Assembly: GCA_035623825.1 (NCBI GenBank)
Contig: DASPSR010000022.1
Span: 32,001-96,000 of the forward strand
Length of the DNA: 64,000 bases
From: Nitrospirota bacterium
GTDB lineage: Bacteria > Nitrospirota > UBA9217
Reading direction: 5' to 3'
Shown here piece after piece: positions 57,762 through 64,000 of the stretch. The translations under genes were made by a program, and so were the position numbers. The stretch's first letter is position 1; each line of letters starts with the position of its first letter. The notes under the pieces were generated by a model that had not been told where the DNA came from, did no database searches, and saw only the letters and a list, made by a program, of their open reading frames with translations.

Positions 57762-57840
57762 TAAAACTGTAAGGGAGCAGTGAGCAGCAGGCAGCGAGAT
57801 CATGAGCTGCTTATCGTTCACTGCTCTCTTTGTTCGTGCG

Positions 57841-57923
57841 GCGAGAGTGGCGGAACTGGCAGACGCGCCAGACTTAGGATCTGGTGGGCAACCGTGGGGG
57901 TTCAAGTCCCCCCTCTCGCACCA
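57841..57923 (+). tRNA. tRNA-Leu(TAG)
   Basis: CCAGA-CT-TAG-GA-TCTGG; variable arm; CCA. Confidence 0.97.
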
Positions 57924-58064
57924 CATATTCAAATAGACAGTGCAGAATGTAGGCCCTTGCTGCCGAGCGGCATATTGAAAATCCTGTCCCGACACATCTT
58001 CACGAATTAAAAATTCACTAGGCTCAGAAGACCCTATAGACTCTCAAGCATAAGGTGGTAGATC

Positions 58065-59345
58065 ATGAAAGTAGCCGTCGAAAACATCAGTCCGGTAAAG
58101 AAAAGACTCAATATCGAGATCGCACCAGATTCCGTCGCCAAAGAGATGGACAAGGCTATTTCGGATGTGGCGAAGAAGGCCAGGATCCCGGGATTCCGCC
58201 CAGGAAAGGCCCCAAGGGCGGTCGTGGAACGGCACTATGGGGAAGAGGTCCGGTCCGAGGTCATGAACCGTCTGATCTCAGATTCGTATTTGAGGGCGTT
58301 GCAGGAACACAATCTCAGCCCTGTTGACGTGCCCGCGATCGATAATGTTTCGTCTTTGGCAAAAGGCTCGCCGCTGAGCTTCACGGCTACCGTTGAGGTC
58401 CGGCCGAACATCGAACTCGGGATATACGACGGTATCGAGGTGAAGGAGAAGGACGTCACGGTCAATGACGAAGAGGTAAGCAAGACCATTGACCACCTCC
58501 GCGAAATGTATGCGCAGCTCGAGGTCGTTGAAGGACGACAGCTCGAAAAGACCGACACCGCGATCATCGACTTCGAGGGATACCGGGAAGGCAAGCCGAT
58601 TGACGGCGCCAAAGCGTCCGATTACATGCTGGCCTTGGGTACAAATACACTGATCCCCGGCTTCGAGGACCAGCTTGTCGGCATGGACAAGGGTGCGACG
58701 CGGGAGGTCCGGGTAACATTCCCCGCGGACTACAACAACAAGGACCTTGCCGGCAAGGACGCAACATTCAAGGTCACGCTCAAGGAGATCAAGAAAAAGA
58801 TAATTCCCGAGCTGAACGATGAGTTCGCTAAGGACATCGGCGGCAACAAATCCGTGGACGAATTGAAAGAAGGCATCAAGAAGGACCTCGAGGCCCGGAA
58901 ACGGGACGGTCTAGCATCGGCTCAGCGCGAGGAACTGCTGTCGAAGCTTGTGGACGCCCATACCTTCGATATTCCTTCCGGTATGGTGGATCGTGAACTG
59001 CAGGCCATGGCCCGTCAGCAGGCCACGCGCATTGCTCGTCAGGGAGGCGATGTGAAATCATTCGATATCTCCAAATTCCGCGAGGAGAACAGGTCGCTGG
59101 CGGAGAAGCGCGTCAAGGGACTGCTGATCCTCGACGCCATCTCTGAGAAAGAAAAGGTTGAAGTGAGCGAGCAGGAAGTCTCCTCCGCGCTTGCCGCTAT
59201 GGCCAGGACATCGGGCCAGTCAGTGGATGCGATCAAGAAATACTATGAATCGCTCGATGGCGGCCTGGACAACCTGAGTTCCTCGCTCAGACAGGAAAAG
59301 ACCCTCGGTCTCTTGCATTCTCGCGCAAAGAAGAGTTATAATTGA
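58065..59345 (+). CDS. tig: Trigger factor
   Basis: [10 protein letters not shown]; FKBP domain ([14 protein letters not shown]). Confidence 0.97.
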   Translation: MKVAVENISPVKKRLNIEIAPDSVAKEMDKAISDVAKKARIPGFRPGKAPRAVVERHYGEEVRSEVMNRLISDSYLRALQEHNLSPVDVPAIDNVSSLAKGSPLSFTATVEVRPNIELGIYDGIEVKEKDVTVNDEEVSKTIDHLREMYAQLEVVEGRQLEKTDTAIIDFEGYREGKPIDGAKASDYMLALGTNTLIPGFEDQLVGMDKGATREVRVTFPADYNNKDLAGKDATFKVTLKEIKKKIIPELNDEFAKDIGGNKSVDELKEGIKKDLEARKRDGLASAQREELLSKLVDAHTFDIPSGMVDRELQAMARQQATRIARQGGDVKSFDISKFREENRSLAEKRVKGLLILDAISEKEKVEVSEQEVSSALAAMARTSGQSVDAIKKYYESLDGGLDNLSSSLRQEKTLGLLHSRAKKSYN

Positions 59346-59377
59346 ATAAAAGAAAGACGTCAGGAGAAAATAACAAT

Positions 59378-59983
59378 ATGTCATTGATCCCCATGGTGAT
59401 CGAGCAGACAAGCCGCGGCGAGAGGGCGTATGATATTTATTCCCGGCTTCTCAAAGACCGCATCATATTCCTCGGTACGCCCATCGACGATATCGTCGCG
59501 AACACAGTGATTGCGCAGCTCCTGTTCCTCGAGGCGGACGACCCCGACAAAGATATCTATCTGTACATAAACTCGCCCGGGGGCATCGTCACGGCGGGAT
59601 TGGCGATCTACGACACAATGAACTATATCAAGTCGCCAGTCTCGACCATTTGCATCGGTCAGGCCGCAAGCATGGCGGCCTTGCTGCTGGCTTCCGGCAC
59701 CAAGACCAAGCGGTTTTCGCTTCCCCACGCCCGCGTCATGATCCATCAGCCGGTCGGCGGATTTCAGGGCCAGGCATCAGACATCGAGATCCACGCCAAG
59801 GAAATCCTGAAGCTCAAGGATACGCTCAACCAGATCCTCGCCAATCATTCGGGGCAGCCAATTGAAAAGATCGCGACCGATACCGAGCGTGATTTTTTCA
59901 TGTCCGGGGAGGACGCGAGGCAGTACGGCATTGTTGACGAGGTGATTACGAAGAAAGCTGCTCGCGGCACAAAGGAGAAGTGA
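59378..59983 (+). CDS. clpP: ATP-dependent Clp protease proteolytic subunit
   Basis: [29 protein letters not shown]. Confidence 0.98.
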   Translation: MSLIPMVIEQTSRGERAYDIYSRLLKDRIIFLGTPIDDIVANTVIAQLLFLEADDPDKDIYLYINSPGGIVTAGLAIYDTMNYIKSPVSTICIGQAASMAALLLASGTKTKRFSLPHARVMIHQPVGGFQGQASDIEIHAKEILKLKDTLNQILANHSGQPIEKIATDTERDFFMSGEDARQYGIVDEVITKKAARGTKEK

Positions 59984-59985
59984 CC

Positions 59986-61233
59986 ATGACAGACAAAGAG
60001 AAAAAAGAGCATGCCGCCCCGCTCAAGTGCTCATTCTGCGGCAAAGGTCAGGACGAGGTGAAGAAGCTCATTGCCGGCCCATCGGTATTCATCTGCAACG
60101 AGTGCGTCGACCTCTGCAACGAGATCATCGCAGAGGAGTGGGAGGAGGTAAAGGAAGCCAAGATACCCCGTCTGCCGAAGCCGGCGGAGATCAAGCGCAC
60201 CCTCGATGATTACGTGATCGGCCAGGAGCGCGCGAAGAAGATCCTGTCGGTTGCAGTGCATAACCACTACAAGCGGATCGGCGTTCAGCACGAGATCGGC
60301 GACGAGGTGGAACTCCAGAAGAGCAACATTCTCCTCATCGGCCCCACAGGCGTGGGCAAGACCCTGCTGGCGCAGACGCTGGCCCGTATCCTCGATGTCC
60401 CGTTCACCATCGCCGATGCCACCACGCTCACCGAGGCTGGGTACGTGGGCGAGGATGTGGAGAATATCATCCTCAAGCTCCTCCAGAACGCTAACTACGA
60501 CGTGGAGCGCGCGCAACGCGGCATTGTTTACATCGACGAGATCGACAAGATCAGCCGCAAGTCCGAGAGCCCTTCGATCACGCGCGATGTCTCCGGTGAG
60601 GGCGTGCAGCAAGCGCTGCTGAAGCTGATTGAGGGCACCGTAGCAAGTGTTCCGCCGCAGGGCGGCCGCAAGCATCCGCACCAGGAGTTCATCCAGGTAG
60701 ATACGAAGAACATCCTCTTCATCTGCGGCGGCGCGTTCGTCGGCCTTGATTCCATCATAGACCAGAGAATCGGCCAGAAGACCATGGGGTTCGGCGCCGA
60801 TATCCAGAGCAAAATGGAGCGGAAGCTGAGCGAGACGCTCTCCAACCTGCAGCCGGGAGACCTTCTCAAGTACGGGCTCATCCCGGAATTCATCGGCCGT
60901 ATGCCGGTCGTGGCCACACTCGAAGAGCTTGACGAAAATGCCCTGATCGACATCCTCACGCGTCCCAAGAACGCCCTCATCAAACAGTATCAGAAGCTTC
61001 TGGGGCTCGAGGGCTGCAAGCTGCGCTTTACCGATGGCGCGCTCGAAGCCGTGGCCAAGAAGGCAATCAGCCGGAAGACCGGTGCACGTGGTCTCCGCGC
61101 CATCCTCGAGGACGTCATGCTGAACGTAATGTACGATATCCCGTCCCAGCCCGGTATCAGAGAGTGCATCATCAACGAAGAGGTGATCAATGACGGAGCC
61201 GAGCCGCTGCTCATTTACGAGAAGATAGCCTAA
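59986..61233 (+). CDS. clpX: ATP-dependent Clp protease ATP-binding subunit ClpX
   Basis: CSFC zinc finger, [24 protein letters not shown]. Confidence 0.98.
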   Translation: MTDKEKKEHAAPLKCSFCGKGQDEVKKLIAGPSVFICNECVDLCNEIIAEEWEEVKEAKIPRLPKPAEIKRTLDDYVIGQERAKKILSVAVHNHYKRIGVQHEIGDEVELQKSNILLIGPTGVGKTLLAQTLARILDVPFTIADATTLTEAGYVGEDVENIILKLLQNANYDVERAQRGIVYIDEIDKISRKSESPSITRDVSGEGVQQALLKLIEGTVASVPPQGGRKHPHQEFIQVDTKNILFICGGAFVGLDSIIDQRIGQKTMGFGADIQSKMERKLSETLSNLQPGDLLKYGLIPEFIGRMPVVATLEELDENALIDILTRPKNALIKQYQKLLGLEGCKLRFTDGALEAVAKKAISRKTGARGLRAILEDVMLNVMYDIPSQPGIRECIINEEVINDGAEPLLIYEKIA

Positions 61234-61336
61234 ACCAGACGGCAGGAGAGGACAGACAGGAGACGTCAGTATTGCAACGTGTTCAGCTGTCCTCTCTTTT
61301 TGTCCTCTGGGTGCCGTATCGCGCCCTCTGAATTTC

Positions 61337-61939
61337 ATGAAAATACTTTCTGCCAAATTTGTTACGAGCGCTACGGGCCCGAAACAGTTCCCCGATGATC
61401 GGCGGCCGCAGATCGCCTTTGCCGGGCGGTCGAACGTGGGCAAATCATCCGTCATCAATTCTCTCCTGCACCGCAAAAACCTGGTAAAGACAAGCTCCAC
61501 GCCCGGGAAAACCCAGCTGATCAATTTTTTCATCATCAACGACGCATTTTATTTCGTTGATCTTCCGGGATACGGTTATGCACGCGTTCCGCAGGCAGTG
61601 ACCGACTCCTGGAGGCCGATGATCGAAGGCTATTTGAAGCATACTGCGGAATTACGCGCTGTCGTCGTGCTGCTCGACGTTCGACGGGAACCCGATGAAC
61701 GTGATGCGCGTCTGACTGAATGGCTGAAGCAGTATGATATACCGGCGATCTACGCACTGACCAAAGCCGACAAGCTGAACCGTCAGGAAGCCGAGCGCGC
61801 GCGGCGTAAAATCTTTTTCCACCTGGCGATCATGGAGCCATTGATCCTTACGTCGGCCAAAAACGGCCAGGGGATCAAGGAGCTGTGGGGAGAGATCAAT
61901 AAAAGAATCGAAAATGAGAAGGGGGGGGCGCGGAGTTAA
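61337..61939 (+). CDS. engB: Ribosome biogenesis GTPase YihA/YsxC
   Basis: GRSNVGKSS, TPGKT, DLPGYG, TKADK. Confidence 0.96.
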   Translation: MKILSAKFVTSATGPKQFPDDRRPQIAFAGRSNVGKSSVINSLLHRKNLVKTSSTPGKTQLINFFIINDAFYFVDLPGYGYARVPQAVTDSWRPMIEGYLKHTAELRAVVVLLDVRREPDERDARLTEWLKQYDIPAIYALTKADKLNRQEAERARRKIFFHLAIMEPLILTSAKNGQGIKELWGEINKRIENEKGGARS

Positions 61940-62005
61940 GGTTGGCTGAAGCTGTCCGAAATTTTCATTTCCTTTTCGTGTTTTTAATATTTCAGGGGGG
62001 ATTCG

Positions 62006-63532
62006 ATGGATTTCCTGCACGTTCTCACGGGTTCTCTGATATGGGCGCTGGCGCTTAGTGTCGTCATTTACGTCGGGGGCAGCATCGCAATCGGCTTGCT
62101 CGCGAAAAAATCAGACCTCCTAAAACCCATCGGTACCGGTCTTAAGCTGATCGTATTATTCATTTCCCTGCAGATATTCCTGCGTTTCGGCGCGGCTGGA
62201 TATCCCGTGATTTTTGATGCCCTCGATTTTCTTTCATGGCTGGTTTTTGTCTTCGCGGGGCTCCGTCTCGGGCTCTATATATACGGTGACCTTTTTGTGG
62301 TCCGGTGGAAGCGGGGCAGCTTCCCGGCCGCATTCAAGAATATCATCACGGCTCTTGTCCTCGTCGTACTGACGCTGATTCTCCTTAAGGAAATCCTGAG
62401 GATCAACGTCACATCGCTTATCGCGACAACCACAGTCCTTACGGCAACCATCGGTCTGGCGTTCCAGAGCACACTCGCCAATGTGCTTGCCGGTCTGGAG
62501 ATCCAATTTGAAAGGCCGCTCAAGCAGGGCGACTGGATCCTTGCAGGTGGACATGAGGGTCGCGTGCTCGACATAACGCTCCGGTCGACGAGGATCATGA
62601 CCGTCGAGAACAACGAAGTGTTTATCCCGAATAGCAAGGTTCTGGGCGAGGCTTTGGTGAACTATAGCCGGCCGGATTCTACCGTGATGCGAAAACTTAC
62701 CATAGGAGTGAGCTATGCCATTCCGCCGAACAAGGTAAAAAGAGCCGTCCTCGAGGTCCTTTCAGGCGTGCCTGGCGTTGTCAGGGGCCTGGCATCCAGG
62801 GTCCGGGTGATCAGCTACGGCGATTTTGCTGTCCAATACGAGATACGGTATCCTCTTGCCAGTTTTGCCCTCTATGGGGATACGGAGGGGCAGATAATGG
62901 ACCTCCTCTGGTACCACTTCAGGAGAAGCGGCATCGACATCCCCGTGCCGATCCGGGAGATAAACATGCGCCACATCACTCCCGGGAGCCTCAGGGCGGA
63001 ACAGGAACAACAGGCAGAGGAGATTGTGGCTCTGCTCGAAAAGGTGGAAATTTTCTCGCCGCTCAGCAAACCTGAGCTCACGAAGCTGGCCGAGCATTTG
63101 AACGTGAAATCCTATGCAGAGGGTGAGGTTCCCGTGCGACAGGGGGATCCGGGAGATTCGTTCTACATCATAAAGAGCGGCAGGGTGGACGTGATCGTTG
63201 AAAAATCTCCAGGCGAATCCGCGGTCGTGGCAACGCTTGGTCCCGGAAATTTTTTCGGCGAGATGAGTCTGCTCACCGGCGCGGTTCGTACGGCAAGCAT
63301 CCGCATGACAGAGGATGCCGAATGCATCGTGATCGACAAGGAGAAGTTCGGGATCACGCTCGCCAATAACCCGTCTATCGCAGAATCATTGAGTCGCATC
63401 CTAACCGAGCGCCAGGCAGGACTTGATGCGGAGCGCGGACGACTCGATGCTGCAGCCCTTGAGCGCCGCAACAAGGATGTTTCGGTCAGGTTGCTCACGA
63501 AGATCAGGGATTTCTTCGGCTTGAGTTATTGA
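62006..63532 (+). CDS. MscS-family channel with C-terminal cNMP-binding domain
   Basis: IGLAFQSTLAN..GDWI..GRV..TLRST..IPNS; cNMP domain QGDPGDSFYII.SG.V..FFGEMSLL..RTAS. Confidence 0.92.
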   Translation: MDFLHVLTGSLIWALALSVVIYVGGSIAIGLLAKKSDLLKPIGTGLKLIVLFISLQIFLRFGAAGYPVIFDALDFLSWLVFVFAGLRLGLYIYGDLFVVRWKRGSFPAAFKNIITALVLVVLTLILLKEILRINVTSLIATTTVLTATIGLAFQSTLANVLAGLEIQFERPLKQGDWILAGGHEGRVLDITLRSTRIMTVENNEVFIPNSKVLGEALVNYSRPDSTVMRKLTIGVSYAIPPNKVKRAVLEVLSGVPGVVRGLASRVRVISYGDFAVQYEIRYPLASFALYGDTEGQIMDLLWYHFRRSGIDIPVPIREINMRHITPGSLRAEQEQQAEEIVALLEKVEIFSPLSKPELTKLAEHLNVKSYAEGEVPVRQGDPGDSFYIIKSGRVDVIVEKSPGESAVVATLGPGNFFGEMSLLTGAVRTASIRMTEDAECIVIDKEKFGITLANNPSIAESLSRILTERQAGLDAERGRLDAAALERRNKDVSVRLLTKIRDFFGLSY

Positions 63533-63632
63533 CCTTCAATATTATTCCCAAAGGTCGCGGCTGCAAGGTGTCTGGCCCCATCTGTGCCACTTGCCATTAG
63601 GAGCAATGAATTGGACGGGTGGTGAGAAAACG

Positions 63633-63669
63633 AAAAGAGAGGATGACGAATCTCATCCTCTCTTTTTTT
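63633..63669. terminator. Bidirectional intrinsic terminator
   Basis: AAAAGAGAGGATGA-cgaatc-TCATCCTCTCTTTTTTT between convergent genes. Confidence 0.85.
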
Positions 63670-63691
63670 CACGTGGGCTGTTCTACCGGTA

Positions 63692-64000
63692 TCACAATGT
63701 TATCTCCGTCCCGATCCCTTCTCTGGTGAATATCTCAAGCAGGATGGCGTGGGGGATGCGTCCGTCGATGATATGGACCTTGGCGCAGCCCGCGTCGAGA
63801 GCCTCGAATGAGGATTTTGTCTTGGGCAGCATGCCCCCGGCGATGACACCCGCATGGATCATTGTCTCGACCCTCTTTTTGTCCAGCGTCGGGATGAGGT
63901 TCTTGTCCTTGTCCAGGATCCCGGATTGATCGGTGAGAAGGATGAGCTTCTCTGCCTTGATAGCGCCGGCCACGGCGCCCGCTACCAGATCGGCGTTGAT
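63692..64000 (-). CDS. argB: Acetylglutamate kinase (3' part)
   Basis: INADLVAGAVAGAIKAEKLILLTD..GGMLPK..HIIDGRIPHAILLEIFT.EGIGT. Confidence 0.93.
   Translation of the reverse strand: MNADLVAGAVAGAIKAEKLILLTDQSGILDKDKNLIPTLDKKRVETMIHAGVIAGGMLPKTKSSFEALDAGCAKVHIIDGRIPHAILLEIFTREGIGTEITL

Noticed and set aside
60031-61539. 502-aa ORF antisense to clpX/engB
   Set aside because: Same shadow-frame effect; fully overlaps unambiguous core genes.

Overview
Bacterial chromosomal segment, genetic code 11. Gene content and order suggest Nitrospirota or a related Desulfobacterota-like lineage; this is inference, not a marker-gene placement. The left ~39 kb is a patchwork of accessory genes: UMF1 MFS transporter, YfhO-like GT-C membrane protein, DUF3300/DUF2950 pair, a sigma54-driven USP/TIGR02186 operon, TMEM175 K+ channel, sterol desaturase, DedA, TatA, a DUF2946-RAPP-led metal uptake operon, RNase II, a riboswitch-led S53 peptidase plus interrupted phosphoesterase, SemiSWEET, Rad3/XPD-like helicase, CPA1 antiporter, a REC-LpxC fusion, a HAMP-GGDEF protein, YcbK and an L,D-transpeptidase. 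The right ~25 kb is mostly core genes: orphan groES, an HsdR_N protein, a STAS-kinase/STAS-wHTH pair, pgpA-cinA-thpR-recA-pilT-recX-alaS-phasin-ubiB-mltG, oppBC, seven tRNAs, tig-clpP-clpX-engB, a cNMP-MscS channel and partial argB. No CRISPR array, IS element, prophage or rRNA was seen. Best leads: (1) a GEMM-I riboswitch with the A20 (cGAMP-type) nucleotide plus a GGDEF protein with the Hypr-type D-to-S substitution, suggesting 3',3'-cGAMP signalling; (2) a CapK/CapS-like kinase-repressor pair with its own palindromic operator, directly upstream of the cinA-recA locus, a possible LexA-independent DNA-damage switch; (3) a bacterial protein carrying the active-site motifs of the eukaryotic phosphohistidine phosphatase PHPT1; (4) a receiver domain fused to an intact LpxC; (5) an orphan GroES with a histone-like tail. 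All family calls come from motif recognition by eye; no searches were run.
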